Below are positions 23,830 to 35,025 of a DNA stretch of 64,000 nt, in pieces (within the stretch, counting starts at the first letter, position 1; each line of letters opens with the position of its first letter). Both the position numbers and the translations under genes were made by a program. The stretch comes from Mobula hypostoma (taxonomy: Eukaryota), in contig NC_086097.1 of assembly GCF_963921235.1 (NCBI RefSeq), positions 102,736,001 to 102,800,000 on the forward strand, written 5' to 3'. The notes below the pieces were generated by a model. It worked only from the letters and a program-made list of their open reading frames with translations. It was not told where the DNA came from and searched no databases.

Positions 23830-25070
23830 TTTCTCAAAGGCAGGTCGTGCCTTACGAGCCTGATTGAACTTTTTGCGGATGTGACTAAACACATTGATGA
23901 AGGAAGAACAGTAGATGTAGTGTATATGGATTTCAGCAAGGCATTTGATAAGGTACCCCATGCCAGGCTTATTGAGAAAGTAAGGAGGCATGGGATCCAA
24001 GGGGACATTGCTTTGTGGATCCAGAACTGGCTTGCCCACAGAAGGCAAAGAGTGATTGTCGACGGGTCAGATTCTGCGTGGAGGCCGGTCACCAGTGGTG
24101 TGCCTCAGGTTTCTGTTCTGGGACCCCTACTCTTTGTGATTTTTATAAATGACCTGGATGAGGAAGTGGAGGGGTGGGTTAGTAAATTTGCTGAGGACAC
24201 AAAGGTTGGGGTGTTGTGGATAGTGTGGAGGGCTGTCAAAGGTTACAATGGGAAATTGATGGGATGCAAAACTGGGCTGAGAAGTGGCAGATGGAGTTCA
24301 ACCCAGATAAGTGTGAGGTGGTTCATTTTGGGAGGTCAAATATGGCAGAATTAATGGTAAGACTCTTTTCTGTGTGGAGGATCAGAGGGATCTTGGGGTC
24401 CGAGTCCGTAGGACACTGCTGCGCAGGTTGACTCTGTGGTTAAGAAAGCATACGGTACATTGGCCTTCATTAATCTTGGGGTTGAGTTTAAGAGCCGAGA
24501 GGTAATGTTGCAGCTATATAGGTCCCTGGTCAGGCCCCACTTGGAGTACTGTGATCAGTTCTGGTCGCCTCACTATAGGAAGGATGTGGAAACCATAGAA
24601 AGGGTGCAGAGGAGATTTACAAGGATGTTGCCTGGATTGGGGAGCATGCCTTATGAGAATACCTTGAGTGAACTCAGCCTTTTCTCCTTGGAGCAATGAA
24701 GGATGAGAGGTGACTTGATAGAGATGTACAAGATAATGAGAGGCATTGATCATGTGGATAGTCAGAGGCTTTTTCCCAGGGCTAAAATGGCTAGCATGAG
24801 AGGGCATAGTTTTAAGGTGCTTAGAAGTAGGTACAGAGGAGATGTCAGGGGTAAGTTTTTTACGCAGATAGTGGTGAGTGCGTGGAATGGGCTGTCGGCA
24901 GCGATGGTGGAAGCGATAGGGTCTTTTAAGAGACTCCTGGATGGCTGCATGGAGCTTAGAAAAATAGAGGGCTATGGGTGAAGCCTAGGTAGTTCTAAGG
25001 TAGGGACATGTTCAGCACAGCTTTGTGGGCTGAAGGGCCTGTATTATGCTGTGTTTTCTATGTTTCTATG
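23830..25070 (+). mobile_element. CR1 LINE, 5'-truncated (RT to 3' UTR)
   Basis: [29 protein letters not shown]; same subfamily as 17540-19532. Confidence 0.95.
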
Positions 25071-25233
25071 TTAAACTTCTCACTTTTCACCCTTAACTCT
25101 CTCGTTATAGTACCACCCAACCTCAAGTGAAAAAGCTTGCTTGCATTTGACCTATCTATACCCCGCATAATTTTGTATATACCTTTATCAATCTCCTCTC
25201 AATCTTCCACATTCCAAGGAATAAAGTAACATA

Positions 25234-25620
25234 CGGTTGGCCCTCCGCATCTGCGGATTCAACCAACCATGGATTGAAAATATTTGAAAAAAAAATTCCA
25301 GGAAGTTCCAAAAAGCAAAACTTAAATTTGCCGTGTGCGGAGCACTACGCTTAATCCACGCGAATGGAATGATGTGCTTATTGCAGAGGCTGTAGATGCC
25401 CTAAAGCTCAAGACAGTCAATGTATGTTGGAAGCCATTATGGAGTGAGGTAGTCAATGATTTCAGGGGCTTCCCCACTATTGATGCAGAAGTTAGGAATA
25501 TCTTGAATGTTGCAAAGGAAGTTGGTGGGAAGGCTTCTCTGACATGATCGAGGACGACGTTGAGGAACACAGACGAGCACAGAGAGAAACCCTTACCAAT
25601 GAGGAACTGGAAGATGATTC
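25234..25620 (+). mobile_element. pogo/Tigger transposon fragment (left end + transposase C-terminus)
   Basis: TA|CGGTTGGCCCTCCGCATCTGCGGATTCAACCAACC end; TVNVCWKPLW...GGEGF-like...EDDVEE peptide. Confidence 0.7.
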
Positions 25621-25624
25621 TTCC

Positions 25625-26130
25625 TACTACGTCACTGGTACGTACATGGACCATGACCTCTTGCTGCTCAACCACCCACTTCAGAATGCTAAGGATGTGA
25701 TCCGAGATGACCTGAATCCTGGCGACATAGCACACTGGAATTTTGTTCTCGTCCACAGAACCTCCTTTCTGTTCCCCTAACTAACGAATCCCCTATCACC
25801 ACAGCTTGTCTCTTGTCCTCCCTACCCACTGAGTTTACGGGACCAGACTCAGTATCTGAGAACTGACAGCTGTGACTTTCCTCTGCTTGGGTATTCCCCT
25901 GCAAAACTACCCCCCCACCCCCCAAATAAAACAGTATCCAAAGTGTTATACCTGTCATTGAGGAGGATGGCCACAGAGTTACTCTACACTGGCTGTTTAA
26001 CGCCTTTCCCATTCCTGACTGTCACCTGGTTTCCTGTGTCCTGCACCTTGGATTTAACTACCTCTCTAGAAATCCTCTCTTATCACCCCCCCTCAGCCAG
26101 AGTTATTCCAGTTCCAGCTCCAGCTCCTTA
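25625..26130 (-). mobile_element. CR1 ORF1 (SGNH esterase-like) fragment
   Basis: AVVIGDSLVRGTERRFCG; VMVHV.TSD. Confidence 0.75.
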
Positions 26131-29100
26131 ACCATAAAGACCATAAGACATAGGAGCAGAATTAGGCTATTCAGCCCATCAAGTCTATTCCACCTTCATT
26201 CCCAGAATCATCCTTGTGAACCTTCTCTGGACTTTCTCCAATGACAACACATCCTTTCTAAGAAATGGGGCCCAACACTGTTGACAATTCTCCTAAGTGC
26301 AGTCTTACTAGTGTCTTATCAAGGTTCAGCATTATCTCTTTGCTTTTATATTCTATTTCCTTTGCAATAAACGCCAACGTTGCATTTGCCTTTTTTTTTA
26401 ACCACAGACTCAAACTGTAAATTAACCTTCTGGGAGTCTTGCATGAGGATTCTTAAGTCCCTCTGTACCTGTGCTGTTTGGGGCACTCCTCTGTTTTCGT
26501 AGATGGTTGCAAAGAAAAAACATTTCAGGATGTACATTGTATACATTTGTCTGACATTAAATATACCTTTTGAACCTTCTCCCCATTTAGATAATAGTTC
26601 ACACTATTGTTCCTTTTACCAAAATGCATTATTATACATTTCCCAACACTGTTTTCCATCTGCCACATTTTTTCCTCATTCTTCAAATTTGTCTAAGTCC
26701 TGCTACAATCATAGTCATAGCCATACTTTATAGATCCCGAGGGGAATTGGTTTTCATTACAGTTGCACCATAAATAATTAAATAGTAATAAAACCATAAA
26801 TAATTATATAGTAATATGTAAATTATGCCAGGAATTAAGTCCAGGACCATCCTATTGGCTCAGGGTGTCTGACTCTCCAAGGGAGGAGTTGTAAAGTTTG
26901 GTGGCCACAGGCAGGAATGACTTCCTATAATGCTCTGTGTTGTATCTCGGTGGAATGAGTCTCTGGCTGAATGTACTCCTGTGCCCAACCAGTCCATTAT
27001 ATAGTGGATGGGAGACACTGTCCAAGATGGCATGCAACTTGGACAGCATCCTCTTTTCAGACACCACCGTGAGAGAGTCCAGTTCCATCCCCACAACATC
27101 ACTGGCCTTACGAATGAGTTTGTTCATTCTGTTGATGTCTGCTACCCTCAGCCTGCTGCCCCAGCACACAACAGCAAACTTGATAGCACTGGCCACCACA
27201 GACTCGTAGAACATCCTCAGCATCGATCAGCAGATGTTAAAGGACCTCAGTCTCCTCAGGAAATAGAGACGGCTCTGACCCTTCTTGTAGACAGCCTCAG
27301 TGTTCTTTGACCAGTCCAGTTTATTGTCAATTCGTATCCCCAGGTATTTGTAATCCTCCACCATGTCCACACTGACCCCCTGGATGGAAACAGGGGTCAC
27401 CGGTGCCTTAGCCCTCCTCAGGTCTACCACCAGCTCTTTAGTCTTTTTCACATTAAGCTGCAGCTAATTCTGCTCACACCATGTGACAAAGTTTCCTACC
27501 TTAGCCCTGTACCATAACCGAATCACATTGCTTCCTCAGCACTACCTAGCCAATCACCTATCTTCATATCATCTGCAAACTTTGCCACATAGTCATCAAT
27601 TCTACTATCTAAATCATGGACAAACAATGTGAAAAGTAGCGGTCCCAATATTGACCCCTGAGGAACACCACTAGTCACTGGCAGCCAACCAGAAAAGGTC
27701 CCTTTTATTCCCAGTTGCTGCCTCCTGTCTGTCCACGCCAGTATCGTTCCTGTAATGCCATAGGATTTTATGTTGTAAGCAGTGCCACCTTATCAGATGC
27801 CTTCTGAAAATCCAAGTAAATGACATCCACTGCATCTCCTTTGTCCACCCTGCTTGTTGCTTTCTCAAAGAACTCCAACAGATTTGTTAGGTAAGATTTC
27901 CCTTTACAGAAACCATGTTGACTTTGACTTATTTTATCATTAGTCTCCATGTACCTTGAAACCTCATCTTTAATAATAAACTCCAACACTTTCCCAACTA
28001 CTGAGGTTAGGCTAGCTGGCCTATAATTTCCTATCTTTTGCCTTCCTCACTTCTTAAAGAATGGAGTGAAATTTGCAATCTTCCAGTCCTCTGGGACCAT
28101 GCCAAAATCAAGTGATTTTTGAAAGATTGTAACCGATGCATCAGTTGTCTCTTAAGCAACCTCTCTCAGGACTCTGGCATGTAGTCCATTTGTTCCAGGT
28201 AACTTATCCACCTTAAAACCTTTGAGTTTGCCTCACACTTTTTCCTTTGTAATAGCAATGACACTCACTCCTGTTCCCTGGCACTCACAAAACTCTGGCA
28301 CACTGCAAGTGTCTTCCACAGTGAAGACATGCAAAGTACCAATTAAGTTCATCTGCCATATCTTTGTCCCCCATTACTACCTCACCAGCATCATTTTCCA
28401 GTGGTCCAATAGCAACTCTCTCCTCTCTTTTACTCTTTATAGAACTGAAAAAACTTTTGGTATCCTGCTTTATGTTATTGGTTAGTTTGCCCTCATATTT
28501 CACCTTTACCCTTCTAATAGCTTTTTAGTTGTCTTTTGTTGAACTTCAAAAGCTTCTCAATCTTCCAACTTCCCATTTACTGTTGCTACATAATACGCCC
28601 TTTCCTGGGCTTTCATGCAGTCCTTAACTACCTTTGTCATCCACAGTTACCTACCCCAGCCATTTGAGAACAACTTCTGTGGGATTCTATTTATCCAGTG
28701 CCTTGTGAACTATTCCCAGAAACTTCAGCCATCTCTGCTCTGCCGTCATCCTTGCCAGAATCCTTCTCCAATCAACTTGGGCGAACTCCTCTCTCATGCC
28801 TCTGTAATTCTCCTTATTCCATTGCGATACTGATACATGTGAGCTATGCTTCTCCCCCTCAAACTGCAGTTTGAATTCAATCATATTATGATCACTGCCT
28901 CCTAAGGGTTCCTTTATGTTAAGTTTTCTAATAAGATCTGGGTTATCACTCAACACCCAGTCTAAGGTAGCCTTTTCCTGAGTAGGCTCAAGCACAAGCT
29001 GCTCTTAAAACTCATCTCGTAGGCAGTCAACAAATTCCCTCAGCGATCTGACACCATCCTGATTTTCCCAAACCCCTTGCATTTTGAAGTCCCCCACGAT

Positions 29101-30010
29101 AATCAAGTCATTCCCCTTATTACATGCTTTTTCCAGCCCCCTTTGCAGTCTCAACTCCACACCTTGGCTACTATTTGGAGGCCTGTATATGATTCCCATA
29201 ATGGTTTTTTAACCCTTGCAATTCCACCCACAAAGAGTTGACATCCTTTGACCCTATGTCACCTCTTTCTAAAGATGTAATTCCATCTCTTACCAGCAGA
29301 GCCACACCACTGCCTATTCCTTTCTGCCTGTCCTTTCGATACAAAGTCTTTCCTTTGACGTTAAGCTCCCAACTATGGTTGTCTTTCAGCCATGACTCAG
29401 TGATGCCCACAACATCATATTGACCAATCTCTAATTGTGCCACGAGTTTGTCCACCTTTTTCCGAAAGCTACGCTTATTTAAATACAGCACCTTCAGTCC
29501 TGCATTCTTTACCCTGTTGAATTTTGTCTGTATGATACAACTCAACTTTTATACCCAATCATTGGCATGTCATTCATATTACATATTACATCAACTACTT
29601 GTAAACCTACTGGCTCATCCTCAGCTCTGTTGTACTGGTTCCCATCACCCAGCCATATTAGTTTAAACCACTTGCAACAGTTCTAGTAAATCTGCCCACA
29701 AGAATATTGGTCCCCCTGAGATTCAAGTGCAACCCGTTCCTTTTATACAAGTCCCACCTGCCCCAGAAGAGGTCCCAATTATCCAGAAATCTAAATCCCT
29801 GCCCCCTTCTCCAGTTCTTTAGCCATGCATTTATCTGCCACGTTAGTCTATTCCTATCCTCACTTGTCATATGGCACAGATAGTAATCCCGAGATTACTA
29901 CCTTTTGAGGTCCTGTTTCACACCTCCTTCCTAACTCCCTTCTTTTTTCAGGATTTCCTCCCTTTTTCTTCCTATGTCAATATGTACCAAGAGTTCTGGC
30001 TGCTCACCCT
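26130..30010 (-). mobile_element. Long decayed CR1 LINE (ORF1 end, AP endonuclease, RT, 3' UTR), interrupted by a Rex1/Babar insertion
   Basis: GLHLN.RG (ORF1), GITESWL, YRPPNS, GDF, SDHN (EN), QHGFCKGKS, YLDFQKA (RT); many frameshifts. Confidence 0.9.
26711..27516 (-). mobile_element. Rex1/Babar-clade LINE 3' portion
   Basis: KTKELVVD.RR, YKYLG, RLYFLRRLRSF, VCWG motifs; (TATGAC)-like tail. Confidence 0.82.
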
Positions 30011-30389
30011 CCCTTTCAGGATATTGTGGATATGGAGTGTTAGAAGCTGCACCTGCATTTTCTACAGATTTTGAGGCCTTCATAGCTAAAATAAGCTTCC
30101 CTTATTCACATAATCAAATCCTAGATGGTAGTCTAACATATCCAAGAGATGTCTAGCTTTGGATTTCACCCTTTTTCTTAATGGAAGCATCTTTGCTCCG
30201 AATCTTCACTGGCTTCTCTGTGAATGCCTTTCACCACTGTGACACGTCAAGTCACACATTCCAGTCTGCTTTTGCAAAATCATATCTTAATCTAATAAAT
30301 TTGGGCTTGGCTCCGGTGATGACTATCATTGTCCCCTTCAATTACTTTGCTCAATCAATTTGTATTATGTTTACTGCCATCAAAATGTA

Positions 30390-30860
30390 GGCTGCATGAA
30401 GAATTGTACTGGTTCTGCCCTTTCAGAAAGATGTGAAGGTCCCAGAGAGGTGCAGAAAAGAGTTTCTGGAATGGTTTCACTTATACTTGCTAGGTGTACA
30501 AAATTATGAGGGCTATATATAGGGTTAATGCAAGCAGGCTTTTTCCACTCTGTTCAGCTGGAACTACAACCAGAGGTCATGTGTTAAGGATGAAAGATGA
30601 AAAGTGAAAAATTTAATGAGAACATGAGAGGAAAATACTTCACTCAGAGAGTTGTGAGTATGTGGAATGAGCTGTCAGCACAAGTGGTGCATACAAGCTC
30701 GATTTCAACATTTAAAAGAAGTTTGAATAGGTACACGGATGGTAGGCATATGGAGGACTATGGTTCTGGTGGAGGTTGATGGGAGCAGGCAGTTTCAAAG
30801 GTTTCAGCATGGACTAGATGAGCTGGTTTTTGTGCTCAACGTCTCTGTGACTCTGATTCT
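30390..30860 (+). mobile_element. Degenerate CR1 3' end
   Basis: FTQRVVSMWNEL motif. Confidence 0.8.
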
Positions 30861-31204
30861 ATTAGTCTTCAGTCATTAAATGAGAAGCTGCGAGGAAAGT
30901 AGTGGTGTTTTAGAAAAGAAAAATATTCAGTAACTTACCATTAATAGATGGTCCAAGCAACAGAATACATAGATTTAAAGTAACTGGCTTTCGTGTGATG
31001 TTAGGCTTTTTTTTTTGCAATGTGCTTGAAACTGGGATGTTTGTTAGTTCAGTTGTGACAATTAAGTAAATACTTGAGGGAAATAAAATTGCAGGGCTAT
31101 TGGAAAACATCGAGGGAATGGTTTGCTGTACGGGAGCTGGCATAAACTTAATGGGCTGAGTGCTTATAATGATCCTGCGATTTCTTTATACATATTTCGA
31201 GTGT

Positions 31205-31577
31205 TAGTCATAGTCATGGTCATAGTTGTACTTTATTGATCCCAGGGGAAATTGGTTTTCGTTACAGTTGCATCATAAATAATAAATAGTAATAAAAATA
31301 ATTAAATAGTAATATGTAAATTATGCCAGGAAATAAGTCCAGGACCAGCCTATTGGCTCAGGATGTCTGGCCCTCCAAGTTGTAAAGTTTGATGGCCACA
31401 GGCAGGAATGACTTCCTATGACGCTCTGTGTTGCATCTCGGTGGAATGAGTCTCTGGCTGAATGTACTCCTGTGCCCAGCCAGTACATTATGTAGTGGAT
31501 GGGAGACATTGTCCAAGATGGCATGCAACTTGGACATCATCCTCTTTTCAGACACCACTGTCAGAGAGTCCAGTTCA
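31205..31577 (-). mobile_element. Rex1/Babar LINE 3' end (same family as 26711-27516)
   Basis: Near-identical DNA and peptide (AILDNVSHPLH, SFLPVAIKLYN). Confidence 0.82.
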
Positions 31578-32079
31578 GTTGTGATGAAGACTCCTGGACT
31601 TGAAATGGTAACTGCTTCTCTGCTCACAAATGCCAACTCCTCTGAATGTTTTCAACATGATTTTTTGTTTCTGCATTGTATTGATTTTCTTTCATCCCTC
31701 CCTTGTTTGTCTTGCATTGTAAAAATCTAAAAAAAATTAAGAATTCTATATACTATTCCTGTGTCGATAAATATCAGAGTGGTTATGTTTTTCTTCTCCT
31801 ACTCCTTCCTGTTTCTCTGCCTTCCAAACTAATTCTTCATTCTTCAAATAGAGCTGCAAGAGATGGCAGCTGCTGAAATCTGCAGCAAAACCTGCTGACT
31901 CTCAGCTTGAACCCCTTCCTCTGAGTTCCTCCAGCAGTTTGTTTTAGAACATAGAACAGTACAGTACATGCCCTTCAGATCATGATGTTGTGCCAACCTT
32001 TTAACCTACTCCAAGATCAATCTGACCCTTCCGCACTATATTGCCCATAACCCTCCACTTTTCGTGACTTTTTGCAGGG

Positions 32080-32870
32080 CTTGGATGAGGAAGTGCAAGT
32101 GTAAGTTTGTAGATGGCACAAACGTTGGTGGTGTTGTGGGTAGAAGATTGTCGTAGGTTGCAAGAGGACATAGACATACGCAGAGCTGAACTGATAAGTG
32201 GCAGACGACGTTAAACCTGGAAATGTGCAAAGTGATGCACCTTTGAAGTTTGAGCTTGAGGGCAAAGTACAAGGTTAGTTGCAAGATTCTCAGAAGTATG
32301 GAGGGACAGAGAGATCTTCGGGTCCGAGTCAGTAGATCCCTCAAAGTCGCTGCGCAAGCTGACAGGGTGGTTAAAAAGGTGCATGTGTGCTGGTCTGCAT
32401 TAGAAGCTGTTTAATTCAAGAGCCACGAGGTAATGTTGCAGTTCTATAGACCGCACTTTGAGTATTTTGTTCAGTTCTGGTCACCTGACTATAGGAAGGA
32501 TGTGGAAGAGGATGCAGAGGAGATTTACCAGGACGCTACCTGGATTAGAGAACATGTCTTGTAAGGAAAGGTTGAGCTAGCTAGAGTTTTTCTCTTTAGA
32601 GTGATGGAGGATGAGAGGCAACTTGATAGAGATATGGATGTAGGAGCAGCCAGTGCCTTTTCCCAGGGTGGAATGACTATTACGGGACATCCTTTTAAGG
32701 TGTGTAGAGGAAGATTTAGGGAAGATGATGAGAACTTCAATAGAAGAAAAATGGAGGGTTATGGGCTAGGTAGGAGGGAGTGGTTAGATTAGGTCTTAGT
32801 GCAGTTTAAAGGGTCAGCACAACACTGGGGGCCAATGGGCCCTGTACTATGTTGTACTGTTCTTTGTTGT
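32080..32870 (+). mobile_element. Degenerate CR1 3' portion
   Basis: Disrupted similarity to other CR1 copies (QFWSP.YRKDV region, 3' UTR). Confidence 0.75.
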
Positions 32871-34298
32871 AAAACAAATTGCTGGAGGAACTCAGTGGGT
32901 TAGAATCCAGATGAAGAGTTCCAAGCTGAAATATTGATGGTCTATTTCCCTTCACAGATGCTGCCTGACCCTCTGAGTTCCTACAACAATTTGTTTTTGG
33001 TCCTTTTTTTTTAATCAAACATCTACTAAATTCCAGCTTCTGTATCTAATTTTGCCTCTCTCTCTCTTGTTTGATACTGCTGCAATGCCTTCTGCAAAAC
33101 TAGTTAGAACCCTCTTTGACAGCACAAGTAAATCTCCCTGTAACGTTGTTGATCCCAGTGATGCAACCCATCCAGCTATTTCAAGTACCACCTCCAGCAG
33201 AACCACTCCCAATACCTAGGAACCTAAAGCTCTCCCTCTTGCACCTTCAGCCATGTGTTGTCCTGTTTCCATATTTACTATTCCCTAGCACCACAAATTA
33301 TTCAGAGATCGTTAGTGAGGACTTGCTTTTCAGTTGATTTCCTAACACTCTATAAAATGCCAACAAAATCTAATGACTCTTTCAGTCGATGTCATTGATT
33401 CCAACATATTCCACAACCTATGTTCACCTCTCTGCACTACACAACATCAGAAGGTTCTGCAGCCATTCGGTGACGTCTTTGACTTGGGCACTGGGCAGGT
33501 AATGTGCCTGTCAGTGCTGAAATGCGTATGTACCTCCTCCCTCCTTTGACAGCAGAGCATTGGACTCCTATTGGCAAAGAAGTACTATCTTCAGTATTCA
33601 AAATTGAGTACCAATTTGAGAGTAAATGCTCTGTGGATTTCTGTGTAGCTTGTCTTGTCTCATTACCTACTACCTGCATGTTCTTCAGCTGTGGAATGAC
33701 AGCCCCCCAAAGTGTTCAAATTTTGAATCTTGGGTCCACTGCAAAGGCATCAGCAAATATGGTTGTGCATCCTGAAGTCCCCACGTGACAATGGATGTAT
33801 ACTGTGGTGGAAGTCCCCACAGTTATTAAACTACTGACTTTAAATTTAGCAACTGGTTAACTTTTTGTCAATTGTTATGACTTTTTTATAGTTGCAGCAT
33901 TGCTTGAGAATCAATAACCAAAAAGTGTACGTTATTTTAATTGCCCTTTTACAAAGACACAATTTTAATTCCTGTTTTTATGGCACTAACTGTCTCCTCA
34001 TGTTCACTCTGTTAAATCTGGTCCCGTTATCCTTTGTCCTTTCTCCTAGACCTGTCATTCCTGAACCTGGTGCTGAGGAACAGAACCTTTCAGCAACATA
34101 AATATCAGGAGTTGGAATAAAAATGGTTTCAATGCAAAGTAGTTTCAGGTGTCCCTTTGTGAGATTATGGTAAACATTTTTGCTTAAAATGAGTTAAATC
34201 CCCTGCAATTATCAGCAAGTAACATCTGTACAAGCCTGCTGCTTAATTTTTAAAAGTACTAATCTAGCATCTCATCAAAGTTTTCCCTTTCTTCCTAG

Positions 34299-34407
34299 GT
34301 ACTTCAGAAGGGCATTTTGAAGCCTTATGTTATTACCTGGCTTTACCTACCAATCTTTTCAAGCTTTTTCATGACTATAAGGACATAATGAACCCTTTAC
34401 TGCAAAG
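34299..34407 (+). CDS. UBR1: UBR1 exon I (109 nt): GTSEGHFEALCYYLALPTNLFKLFHDYKDIMNPLLQ
   Basis: pyrimidine tract + tag acceptor, gtattg donor; ALC.YL.LPTNLF motif. Confidence 0.94.
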
Positions 34408-34489
34408 GTATTGTTTCTGTTATTGTAGCAACTCAAATGAAATTCTGGTAATTGAGATTTTTTTCAGTTTTAAAATTTAGCTCAAAGTT

Positions 34490-34890
34490 CAAAAGTTCAG
34501 TTTTTTTTTAACCGAAGTACCTATTTGCCATCTTATAAAAACCTGAGATGCATTTACTTGCGGGCATTCACAGTAAGTAAAAGAAACACAATAAACTCAC
34601 TGAAAGACCACATTCAACAGGATGGAAAAACAACCAACGTGCAGAAGACAGCAAACTGCAAATACAAAAGAAAGAAAGAAAAAAGAATTAATAAATAAGC
34701 AATACTTACAGAGAGCTTGAGATGAAAAGTCCTTAGTTTGTAGGAACAGTTCAGTGATGAGGTGAGTGAAGTTAACCCTTCTGGTTCAAGGCCCTGATGG
34801 CCCTAATAGCTGTTCCTGAACCTGGTGGTATGGGTCCTGTGGCTCCTCTGCCTTCCTCCTCAGTGAGAATTGAGCATGGCCTGGGATGCT
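34490..34890 (-). mobile_element. Rex1/Babar-type 3' tail fragment
   Basis: Similar to 49520-49960. Confidence 0.6.
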
Positions 34891-35025
34891 GGAGGTGATC
34901 AGCAGCTCAGGTAGCATCTGTAGAGAGTAACAGAGTTAACAATTCAGAATGATTGCCTAATAAGACACATGACAGCCTTAAGGTTTTGACAGTGAATTCA
35001 GCAATTTCAGAATTGGCCTTCAGTC

